Below, piece after piece: positions 53,313 through 64,000 of a stretch of DNA of 64,000 nucleotides. Made by a program: the position numbers and the translations under genes. The notes under the pieces are model-generated. The model made no database searches. It was not told where the DNA came from and saw only the letters and a list, made by a program, of their open reading frames with translations. The stretch spans positions 196,416,001 to 196,480,000 of the forward strand of contig NC_042998.1 of the NCBI RefSeq assembly GCF_006345805.1, given 5' to 3'. Each line of letters opens with the position of its first letter. The stretch's first letter is position 1. Source of the DNA: Octopus sinensis (Eukaryota).

Positions 53313-54334
53313 TGCATAATAATTCTATTTTATAGATGCTGGCACGGCTGTGGTAAGAAGTTTGCTTCCCAATTACATAGTTCTAGGTTCAATCCCACTA
53401 TGTGTCATCTTGACAAGTGTCTTTACAGCCTTGAGCTAACCAAAACCTTTTGGTAGACAGGAACTGAAAGAAGCCTGTCGTGTGTGTCTTTGTGTCTGTG
53501 TTTATCCCACATCTCTGCTTGATAACCAATGCTGGTCATTTACACCCCCATAACTTAGTGATTCAACAAAAGTGACTGACGGAATAAGTATTAGGCTTTT
53601 AAAAAGGAAAAAAATTACATATTTGGGTCAACTTGTTCAACTAGAACATTTTTCAAGCTGGTGCCCCAGCCTGGCCACAGTCTGATTGAAACATAAAAGT
53701 GTATCTTTTATGATAAAGATGATGATGATGATAACTAAATGTTTATTTGTTATCCCCCACCCCCCACCTGCTGGTTCATCACACTCTTTGCTTTCATGTG
53801 AAGTCCCTACTCCCTCTTCATGCACTCATGACAATATTCTACCATTCCATTTATATTCTGATACCCTTAACTTAAGAGTATGCCCTGGCCCTTTGCCACC
53901 ATCTACCTCACACTCTCGGTCTTACAGTACGTAAATACACCAGCATCGGCTGTCAAGTGATGTTGGGCAACAAACACAGACACACACACACACATATAAA
54001 TATATACGACAGGCTTCTTTCAGTTTCCATCTACCAAATCCACTCGCAAGGCTTTGGGCGGCCCGAGGCTATAGTAGAAGACACTTGCCCAAGGTTCCAC
54101 CAGTGGGACTGAACCTGGAACCATGTGGTTCGTAAGCAAGCTACTTACCACACAGCCACTCCTACGCCAGTATTTGTTCTTTTTGTATTAATTTTTTTTT
54201 AAGGATAATATTTTTGTACCCTGCAGTTTTATATAATTTAGCTTTTAGTTTACAGATTAAGGAAGTGTGGAAATTCAAAAAAACATTTAAAAAAAAATTT
54301 ATTATTAAATTTAGAAAGTTTGTTTTTATTTCAG

Positions 54335-56626
54335 ATACTTCTAAAACTAAATTAAACAGGAAGAGAAAATCTCGACCGTCATTGAATACGCCAAATGCAA
54401 AAAGGAAAAGAGTTTCTTTTGGACCTCAGCTGAGTCCAGAACAATTTGATCGGTGTTTACCACCATCTACACCTGTAAGGAAAGGAGGAACACCTAACAG
54501 CAAGATTATTTCAGCTTGTCGACCATCATTAAAAAGGCAATCTTTACTCCATTCTACTCTAGCGGAAGAAGATGATCACCCTAACATAAACAAGGTGTCA
54601 CCCAAGGCCACTCCAAAATCTACAAAATTGTCACCCAAGACCACTCCAAAATCTACAAAATTGTCACCCAAGACCACTCCAAAATCTACAAAATTGTCAC
54701 CCAAGGCCACTCCAAAATCTACAAAATTGTCACCCAAGACCACTCCAAAATCTACAAAATTGTCACCCAAGACCACACCAAAATCTACAAAGGTGCCACC
54801 CAAGACCTCACCCAAATCAGCTAAGTTGTCTCCCAAGGCCACACCTGAGTCTGCCAAGCTGTCACCCAAGGCTACACCTAAATCTGCCAAGCTGTCACCC
54901 AAGGCTACACCTAAATCTGCCAAGCTGTCACCCAAGGCTACACCTAAATCTGCGATGTTGTCACCCAAGGCTACACCTAAATCTGCGATGTTGTCACCCA
55001 AGGCCACACCCAAATCTGCTAAGTTGTCTCCCAAGGCCACACCCGAATCTGCCAAGCTGTCGCCCAATGCCACACCCGAATCTGCCAAGCTGTCACCCAA
55101 GGCTACACCTAAATCTGCCAAGTTGTCGCCCAAGGCCACTCCCAAATCTGCCAAGCTGTCACCCAAGGCTACACCTAAATCTGCCAAGCTGTCACCCAAG
55201 GCACACCTAAATCTGCAAGCTGTCACCCAAGGCTACACCTAAATCTGCCAAGCTGTCACCCAAGGCCACTCCCAAATCTGCCAAGCTGTCACCCAAGGCT
55301 ACACCTAAATCTGCCAAGCTGTCACCCAAGGCTACACCTAATCTGCCAAGCTGTCACCCAAGGCCACTCCCAAATCTGCCAAGCTGTCACCCAAGGCTAC
55401 ACCTAAATCTGCCAAGCTGTCACCCAAGGCCACTCCCAAATCTGCCAAGCTGTCACCCAAGGCTACACCAAATCTGCCAAGCTGTCACCCAAGGCTACAC
55501 CTAAATCTGCCAAGCTGTCACCCAAGGCCACTCCCAAATCTGCCAAGCTGTCACCCAAGGCTACACCTAAATCTGCCAAGCTGTCACCCAAGGCTACACC
55601 TAAATCTGCCAAGCTGTCACCCAAGGCCACTCCCAAATCTGCCAAGCTGTCACCCAAGGCTACACCTAAATCTGCCAAGCTGTCACCCAAGGCTACACCT
55701 AAATCTGCCAAGCTGTCACCCAAGGCCACTCCCAAATCTGCCAAGCTGTCACCCAAGGCTACACCTAAATCTGCCAAGCTGTCACCCAAGGCTACACCTA
55801 AATCTGCCAAGCTGTCACCCAAGGCCACTCCCAAATCTGCCAAGCTGTCACCCAAGGCTACACCTAAATCTGCGATGTTGTCACCCAAGGCCACACCCAA
55901 ATCTGCCAAGCTGTCGCCCAAGGCCACTCCAAATCTGCCAAGCTGTCACCCAAGGCCATGCCTGAGTCTGCAAAGGTGTCACCCAAGGCCACGCCTGAGT
56001 CTGCCAAAGTGTCTCTCAAGACCACACCTAAATCTTCTAAGCTATCACCTAGAGCCACTCCTAAGTCTATCAAGGTGTCTCTTACAATTACACCCAAGTC
56101 TGCCAATGTGTCTTTCAGGGCAACACCCAAGTCCACCAAGGCATCTCCCAAAGTAACACCTGAGTCCTTCAAGGCGTCTCCCAAAGCAACACCCAAGTCC
56201 ACCAAGGCATCTCCCAAAGCAACTCCTAAGTCTGCGAAGGTGTCCCCCAAAGCAACACCCAAGTCCACCAAGGGGTCTCCCAAAGCAACACCCAGGTCTC
56301 CCAAGACATCTCCAAAAGCAACGCCCAAGTCTGCTAAAATTGTTAGGTTGACAGCTGCTTCAAAATCGACATCTAAGAGAAGTTCCTTATTATCAAACAC
56401 CAATATTAAAATCAAAACTCCAAAATCAGATAGAAAAAAAGCTATAATTCTACAAAATATCCATGGAAGGCAATCAGCGAGAAAATCTGTCCACAAAGGG
56501 GTGAAACCCCTCTGGTCCCAAATTGTTAAACAAGGAGCAAATAAAGTGAAAATCAACAAGAAAGCTGTGGTGGCTGCCTTTAAGCCCAAAAGTAAAGCTG
56601 TGAAAGCCATTTCCTTACCTAGAAAG
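54335..56626 (+). CDS. MKI67: Ki-67 orthologue, coding exon 6: PP1-binding motif plus ~53 x 11-aa SPKATPKSAKL array (five apparent 1-nt deletions)
   Basis: tttcag acceptor (phase 1); KRKRVSFGPQLSPEQFDRCLPPSTPVRKG matches the Ki-67/RepoMan PP1 domain (RRVSFGGHLRPELFDENLPPNTPLKRG); donor AAG|gtatgt. The phase only closes if 5 bases missing in the array are restored. Confidence 0.9.
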
Positions 56627-57041
56627 GTATGTCTGTCCTTCATCTTTTATTTGTTTCAGTCATTAAGTAATATACGAGCATTTAATATCAGTTATGTGTA
56701 CGTCACCGAGCTGGCATTAGCACACCATACAAAGTGCTCAGTGGCCTTTCACACATCTTCACGTTCTGAGTTCAAATTCAACCAAGGTTGACTTTATCTT
56801 TCATCCTTTTTGAAGTTGGTAAAATAAGGACCAGTCGAGCACTGAGGGCAATGTTATTGACTTAACCCCTTTACATTCTTGTCTAACCCTTTAGTATTTA
56901 AACTGGCCAGATCCAACCTCTCAAACTACCCTACAATGTCATCCTAAAAATAAGCAGCTGCATCATTGAAATCTCAAGGCTCTGACTTAATGATTGATTA
57001 CTTCCAAATTAGCAATTACATTTAACGGAGTGATCTGAATG

Positions 57042-57757
57042 TTAACCCTTTCATTACTGTATTTATTTTGAGATGCTCTGTGTTTCTTTCAATTATTTCA
57101 AATATAACAAAGAATTTAGTAAAATAACATCGTTATCATTAAGCTAGTGTTAGGAACATAAATTGTGACCAAGGTTTGGTGGAAGATTTGAATTCAAAAC
57201 TTATGAAAACAAGACATTTATACTAAAGAGCCAGAGCCGGTTTCAGCCGGGTTGGTAATGAAAGGGTTAAGAATTGTTTCTCTTTTATATATTTTAACCC
57301 TTTTGTTACTGTATTTCTGTTGAAATGCTTTGTGTTTCTTTCAATTATTTCAAATATAACAAAGAATTTAGTAAAGTAATTTAGCTCACATTAAGCTAAT
57401 GTTAGGAACATAAATTGTGACTAAGGTTCAAAACTTATGAAAACAAGACATTTGTACTATAGAGCCAGAGCAGGTTTCAGCCAGGTTGGTATCAAAAGAG
57501 TTAAGAATTGTTTCTCTATTATATATCTTAACCTTTTCGTTACCATATTTCTATTGAGATGCTCTGTGTTTCTTTCAATTAATTTTAAATATAACAAAGA
57601 ATTTAGTAAAATAACTTGGTTATCATTAAGTTAGTGTTAGGAACATAAATTGTGACTAAGGTTTGGTGGAAGATTTTAATTCAAAACTTATGAAAACAAG
57701 ACATTTATACTAAAGAGCCAGAGCCGGTTTCAGCCAGGTTGGTAACGAAAGGGTTAA
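57042..57757. mobile_element. Tandem triplet of family-2 TTAA MITEs
   Basis: Three ~220-bp units with TTAA ends and the same 23-nt spacer as at 50123-50145. Confidence 0.75.
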
Positions 57758-58435
57758 AGAGTTGAGTCCAACTGAGTGGACTTTATCGTTCATCCCTTTG
57801 GAGTCAGTAAAATAAAAGGGTCAGTGTGATCAAATTATTGCCTCATCTCAAAAATTGTGAGCCTTGAACCCTACAAAGAAACTGGTGTCTTATTCTGAAG
57901 AAATTTTGTGATCTCAGTCGCTTATATACCATGGAAGCTGGGCAGCCAGCCTTGTGGGTTGTTGTTGTTCAGCAACAAGACGGGTAAGGGTGATGGTGTA
58001 GGGCTTAGGGGCAGGAGACCCCAGACCTTGGGAATAAAAACAACTTTGGTCATATTGTTGTAGTCAAGGGCTCTTCGCTGGGAGGTGGGCCTTGAAGTCG
58101 CTGGAAATGGGGATTTCAGGTCCAAATTCTTCAACAGCAGCCTTATGGGTGTGAGGGGTGAAGAAAAATACTTTTGAAGATGTGTAAAAATGGAATAATG
58201 TATGGAAAGGAAATATTGGAAAAAACACTTTGCAGTATTTCTTCTGACTCTCATGTTTGGAGTTCAAATCCTGCCAAGATAATATTGTTTGCTTATTTCA
58301 GTATTAAAAGCTGGGTTGTAGTTGTTATATTTACGTGAGGTAGACATTAGAGTTGAAAGTTCTGGAAATATTGTTTGCAGAGAAGTTATTATATATGGGA
58401 ACAGGAAACTGAAAAAAAAAAGAAAAAAATTGATA

Positions 58436-58603
58436 TTATTCACCATTACACATGTTTCGTTTGCTAATAGGAATTACAAAACTGTACATGTCAGATAAAC
58501 ATGTAAGAAATTTCCTATTAGAAATTTGTCAGAGAATCACATTATCCAGATGTAAATTTTATTAATTCCTATTAGCAAACGAAACATGTGTAATGGTGAA
58601 TAA
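58436..58603. repeat. Perfect inverted repeat, 41-bp arms, 86-nt loop
   Basis: 58436-58476 vs 58563-58603. Confidence 0.9.
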
Positions 58604-58765
58604 ATAATACTAAAAAAAAAAAACTTTTCCAAATTCTTGTTTTAGTGTGTGTGTGTGTGTGTGCAATTTAAACGTCTAGTATTGTATATGTAAGTAAACC
58701 TTTGCTTATTCATCTTTGCTGTCATCAGAGTATTGATCATTGTTATTATTATTGTTTGATTCTAG

Positions 58766-58888
58766 AGTATCTATCCTGTGACTCCTCGCAGAAAAGTTTT
58801 GGCCTCAGCCCCAAGTACTGGTCATATTAATTCCCCATCAACGATTCTTGTTGGGAAACTGTTAAAGAGTACAAAATCTCCAGCCACA
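58766..58888 (+). CDS. MKI67: Ki-67 orthologue, coding exon 7 (conserved domain)
   Basis: tctag acceptor; SIYPVTPRRKVLASAPSTGHINSPSTILVGKLLKSTKSPAT matches the Ki-67 conserved TGHANSPCTIIIGK block; donor ACA|gtaagt; 123 nt, phase 0/0. Confidence 0.92.
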
Positions 58889-59487
58889 GTAAGTATATGT
58901 CTTTTTTTATATATTTTACTCATTTCCTGTCATTGGACTGCGGCCATGCTGGGGCACTGCCACAAGCGGTTTGGTCAAACAAATTATCCCTAGTACTTGT
59001 TTTGTCTATTACTTATTCTATTTGTCCCTTTTGCCAAACAACCAAGCTGCAGGTGTCTGAATCAACCATCAACAGGTTTTGGAGTCGTGGCACAATGACT
59101 CACGAATTTCGTCTGCGATGATTTATCATCATCATCATTTAACGCTAGCATGGGTTGGATGGTTCGACCGGGGTCTGGTAAGCCGTGGAGGCTGCACCAG
59201 GCTCTAGTCTGATTTGGCAGTGTTTCTACAGCTGGATGCCCTTCCTAACGCCGACCACTCCGTGAGTGTAGTGGGTGTTTTTTTACATGCCACCAGCACA
59301 GGGGCCAGATCAGGCTGGCAAACGGCCACGATCGGTTGGTGTGTGTGTGTACTTTTTATTCACTAAGCACCCATAAGAGAGGATCTCAAGGCTAACAGCA
59401 CAGTTTTCAGTATTTTAACGAGGCACTTATGTTGTAATGTTTACCTTTTAGTATTAATAGTGCTTCCATTGCTAATAATTATTTATT

Positions 59488-59922
59488 TTCATGGTCTCAA
59501 AAATTTGTCCTATGAAGAAAGGCTGAGGACGCTCGACCTTTATTCTCTTGAAAAACGCCGCCGCCATGGGGATCTCATTCTCGCCCACAACATCATAAGC
59601 GGAAAGTGTAACCTCTCGAAAGAGCTGTTCTTCACTCCTGCTCCAGAGCGTAGGCTGCGGGGTCATTCCGAAAAGCTCTACCTGTGACGATTTCATCTCA
59701 ATCGAAGGAGAGGAGCTTTCTCCATCCGGGTTGCGGATCCGTGGAACAAGCTGCCAGACGAGATGGTGAAGATGCCGACGACCGCTTTGTTCAAAGCCTC
59801 CCTTGACCTCAAGTGGCCTGAACTCTTTACATGAACACCACCCTGTACTTAACTCCATGTCCCCCTACATGGCCTTGCTATTTGCTTTTGAGCCAAATTA
59901 ACTAACTAACTAACTAACTAAC
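59488..59922 (+). mobile_element. 5'-truncated CR1 LINE with (TAAC)n tail and 8-bp TSD
   Basis: GLKNLSYEERLRTLDLYSLEKRRRHGDLI...RLRGHS...FSIRVADPWNKLP with one internal stop. TATTTATT is duplicated at 59480-59487 and 59923-59930. Confidence 0.9.
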
Positions 59923-59954
59923 TATTTATTCATATAATTTCTTTTTACTTTCAG

Positions 59955-62365
59955 ACTAAAAAACTGGCTTCGCCTTCGATTGAAAAATTTGATGAGAGTG
60001 ATTTGTACGATTCCATTCCGGACAGTCCTGCTGCACCTCCACATATGTTTGTCTCACCTTTGAGATCTTCAGAATCTGGGTATTCACCGGCAAACTATAA
60101 TCCCCTTTTAGAAAAATTGGTGGATCTACCAAAACGAAGAGCATCGGGTAAATTGGTTGGCATTAAAGAAAGTCCCAAACGCCGTAAGTCTGAAGACTTG
60201 AGTGAAGTTAGGAGATCAGTAAAAACTCCCAAGGGTCGTAAGTCTGAAGATCTGAGAGGAGTTAGAAAATTATTAAAAACTCCAGCCCGCCGAAAATCTG
60301 CTAAATTTGTTGGTGTTAAGGAAATGCTTAAAACTCCGAAGGGCCGTAAATCTGAAGATCTTAGAGGAGTTAGGAAGCTGGTAAAAACTCCAGCCCGCCG
60401 AAAATCTGCTAAATTTGTTGGTGTTAAGGAAATGCTTAAAACTCCGAAGGGCCGTAAATCTGAAGATCTGAGAGGAGTTAGGAAATTGGTAAAAACTCCA
60501 GCCCGTCGAACATCTGCTAAATTAGTTGGTGTTAAGGAAATGCTTAAAACACCCAAGGGTCGTAAATCTGAAGATCTGAGAGGAGTTAGGAAATTGGTAA
60601 AAACGCCAACCCGCCGAACGTCTGCCAAATTGGTTGGTGTTAAGGAAATGCTTAAAACTCCGAAGGGCCGTAAATCTGAAGATTTGAGAGGACTTAGGAA
60701 ATTGGTAAAAACTCCAGTCCGCCAAACATCTCCTAAATTAGATGGTGTAAAAGAAATGTTTAAAACTCCCACGCAAAAATCCCCCAAGACTTCCCAAAAG
60801 GGCAGTCCTGCTAAGATGACTCCCAAGAAAACTAGCCCAGCTGCTAGGGTGACTCCTAAGAAAGCCAGTCCTGCTGTTAAGGTGACTCCCAAGAAAGTCA
60901 GCCCTGCTGTTAAGATGACTCCTAAGTCCGGTCTTACAGCCAAAGGGATCAAGAAGTCCACTCTTGCCAAAGTGACTCCCAAGAAGGCCAGCCCTGCTGT
61001 CAAGGTGACTCCCAAGAAAGCCAGTCCTGCCGCCAAAGTGACTCCCAAGAAGGCCAGCCCTGCTGTCAGGGTGACTCCCAAGAAGGCCAGCCGTGCTGCC
61101 AAGGTGACTCCCAAGAAGGCCAGCCCTGCTGCCAAGGTGACTCCCAAGAAGGCCAGCCCTGCTGTCAAGGTGACTCCCAAGAAGGCCAGCCCTGCTGTCA
61201 AGGTGACTCCCAAGAAGGCCAGCCCTGCTGTCAGGGTGACTCCCAAGAAGGCCAGCCCTGCTGTCAAGGTGACTCCCAAGAAAGCCAGTCCTGCTGCCAA
61301 AGTGTCTCCCAAGAAGGCTAGCCCTGCTGTCAAGGTGACTCCCAAGAAGGCCACCCTGCTGTCAAGGTGACTCCCAAGAAAGCCAGTCCTGCTGTCAAGG
61401 TGACTCCCAAGAAGGCCAGCCCTGCTGTCAAGGTGACTCCCAAGAAGGCCAGCCCTGCTGCCAAGGTTACTCCCAAGAAGGCCAGCCCTGCTGCCAAGGT
61501 TACTCCCAAGAAGGCCAGCCCTGCTGCCAAGGTTACTCCCAAGAAGGCCAGCCCTGCTGCCAAGGTTACTCCCAAGAAGGCCAGCCCTGCTGCCAAGGTT
61601 ACTCCCAAGAAGGCCAGCCCTGCTGTTAAAGTGATCTCCAAGAAGTCTAGTCGTCTTGCTAAGGTGTCACCAAAGAAGGCTAGCCCTGCTGCCAAAGCCA
61701 CACCCAAGAGGACCACCCGTGCAACCAGAGTAACTTTCAAGATGCCCAGCCCTGCTGCCAAGAAATCTACTCCACAGATTTCTAAGAAAGAAGATCCTAA
61801 AGTCATCGATAGTGCAAACTTAGACTCACCTGAAGTGCCAGCCTCTGGAAAGGCACGATCATCACGGAGAGCAGCTAGTAGTAAGTCTACTACGAAAGCT
61901 GAATCGGCAAAGCCTACCAGAAGCACAAGGAATGTTACAGGGAAGCAAACTGCTAAAAAGGGCTTAACTGTTTCAGAACCAGTATTAGCAGAGACCCCAA
62001 AACAAGCAGAGGTTGAGAAAGAAATCTCTGATGTTGCCAGTGCTTCAACGCCTGCTGATTCTCCAGTAAAAGCATCAAGGCAGACTAGAACCAACAAGAA
62101 GTTTACGTCCATTGCCAAAGGAAAAACACCTCCAAAGGAGAAGGAAAGCCCATCACCTTTAAAAACAATCGACCAGGATAAAAGTGAAGAATGTAGTCCT
62201 GTTGCTGTGAGATCACGAAAGACAAGAGCAACCAAAACTACATCAGATAAAGTTCCAAGGACGACTACAGTTGAGGCTACAAGGAAGAGAGTCAGCAAAA
62301 GGGCTGCTTCAAAAGCAAGTGTTGCAGAGGACAATCTGGAAACCCCTAGCAAGAAAAGACTTGTG
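59955..62365 (+). CDS. MKI67: Ki-67 orthologue, coding exon 8: KTP repeats plus ~27 x 11-aa TPKKASPAVKV array (one apparent 1-nt deletion near 61352)
   Basis: ctttcag acceptor (phase 0), frame continuous with ORFs 60003..61370 and 61367..62386. EDLRGVRKLVKTP and LDGVKEMFKTP resemble the Ki-67 repeat core (EDLAGFKELFQTP). Donor GTG|gtgagt. Confidence 0.9.
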
Positions 62366-63953
62366 GTGAGTAACTTCTCATTTTAGCACTATGTTTGTGG
62401 CATTAGGAAGGGCATCCAGCTGTAGAAACACTGCCAGATCACACTGGGGCCTGGTGCAGCCTTCGGGCTTCCCAGACCCCAGTTGAACCGTCCAACCCAT
62501 GCTAGCATGGAAAGCGGACGTTAAACGATGATAATGATGATGAAGTCATCCTCATCATTTAACATCTGTTTTCCATGCTGGCATGGGTTGGACGGTTGGC
62601 CAAGAGCTGCACCAGCTTCCATTGTCTGTTTTGGAATGGTTTCTACAGCTGGAGGCCCTTCCCTATGCCATCCACTTTACAGAGTGCACTGGTTGCTATC
62701 CATGTGGCACCGGCATGTAAAGTGTTAAGCAAAAATATTTCCAGTTCTTCGCACCTATTGCTAAATCATCATCATCATCATCATCGTTTAACGTCCGTTT
62801 TCCATGCTAGCACGGGTTGGACAGTTTGACCGGGGTCTGGGAAGCCAGGGGCTGCACCAGGCTCCAGTCTGATTTGGCAGGGTTTTCTACAGCTGGATGC
62901 CCTTCCTAACACCAACCACTCCGACTGTGTAGTGGGTGCTTTTACGTGCCACTGGCATGGGTGCCATTTGCGTGACACCCAGTATCTGCCACGGCTGTGA
63001 TTTTGCTCAGCTTAATGGGTCTTCTTCTCAAGCTCAACATAATGCCAAAGGTGTTGGTCATTGCCTCTGTTAGACCCAACACTGTGTTACATTTTAAACT
63101 TGCCCAATTAAATACACATATAATCCCCATTGTTGGTGCAGGGATGGGTGTGTGGTTGAGAAACTTGCTTCCCATTTATGTGGTTTTGGGTTCAGCCCCA
63201 CTGCATGGCACATTGGGCAAGCATCTTCTATTATCATCCCAGGCCAACTAATGCCCTGTGAGTGGATTTGTTGGATGGAAATTGAAAGAAGCCTGTTGTA
63301 TGTATACAACCTTCTCTTGACATCGTGTGAGGGTTGTATGCAAGCATCCCCATCATACAAGGGATGCTGTTCATTTCCAGTCTTTCATGGAAACATGTCT
63401 GGCCAGGCAAACAGATGAATGTTGGGTGACAGGACAAACATCAGGCCAAAGAATTACCTCCAGCAAATTCCAACTTCGGCAATGCCATAGGAAAAAAATA
63501 TTTTCAGGAATTTTATTTTATTAGCTTGTGTGATCGTTACTGCATCGCCCGAGCATGATCGTTACCACGTCGCCTTACTAGCACTTGTGCAGGTGGCATG
63601 TGAAACATTCGAGCGAGGTCGTCGCCAGTGTTGCTGGACTGGCTCCTGTGCAGGTGGCACGTAAAAAGCATCATTTGGGCATGGCCGTTGCCAGTACCAC
63701 CAAACTGGCCCTCGTGCCGGTGGCACATAAAAGCACCCACTACACTCTTGGAGTGGTTGGCGTTAGGAAGGGCATCCAGCTGTAGAAACTCTGCCAGATC
63801 AGATTGGAGTCTGGTTCGCCAGACCTCAGTCGGAAAGCGAACGTTAAACGATGAAAATGATGATGATGATGAAGTGACTTCCATTCCTTTTGTCAATTTT
63901 ATTGTCAATGTTGTAGACTGAAAATATATTTATTCCAATTGTCTTCTGTTCAG

Positions 63954-64000
63954 GCTTCACCATCACCAAAACCAGTTAAGAAGGCATTGGAGAAGATATC
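63954..64000 (+). CDS. MKI67: Ki-67 orthologue, probable coding exon 9 (partial, runs off window)
   Basis: gtcttctgttcag acceptor, phase 0, ASPSPKPVKKALEKI with the same composition as upstream exons; no donor within the window. Confidence 0.65.

Noticed and set aside
54576-62352. Long minus-strand ORFs (54576..55226, 55463..55927, 55864..56643, 60095..61354, 61330..62352)
   Set aside because: Antisense shadows of the Ki-67 33-bp arrays; their breaks coincide with the same indels and they have no independent coding signal.
54335-62365. Calling the Ki-67 locus a pseudogene
   Set aside because: Indels are confined to homogeneous tandem arrays; domains, splice sites and phases are otherwise intact.
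12413-63921. Recurrent short ORFs such as MLQHGRSQMTETSKRVK, MLAWVGRFD and MSKVPRS
   Set aside because: They are translations of SINE families A-C, not genes.

Overview
AT-rich, microsatellite- and SINE-dense eukaryotic DNA. The repeat families look like those of an octopus or other coleoid cephalopod (inference from repeat style, not proven). The right half holds one large + strand gene, a Ki-67 (MKI67) orthologue. I can assemble nine coding exons with consistent splice phases (32608-64000; the gene runs off the window), about 2,100 aa so far. They encode an N-terminal FHA domain over three exons, an RVSF PP1-docking motif, the conserved TGH.NSP..I.VGK block, 18/36-aa 'GVKEM(L/F)KTP' Ki-67-like repeats, and two large lysine/CDK-site-rich 11-aa tandem arrays. 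Six single-base deletions in the most homogeneous parts of those arrays break the frame and are probably assembly errors. The rest is transposon debris: three abundant SINE families, RTE, RTE-like and CR1-type LINE ends, a mariner remnant, two Helitrons, TTAA/TA/8-bp-TSD MITEs and long microsatellites. The most unexpected signal is a set of minimal type-I hammerhead ribozyme motifs with self-complementary stem III (the Penelope-type, dimer-cleaving form) in four unrelated repeat families. One sits inside a tRNA-headed SINE and one is mirrored in a perfect 131-bp-arm palindrome. Several other fold-back inversions occur across the window. All RNA structures were folded by eye; no searches were run.
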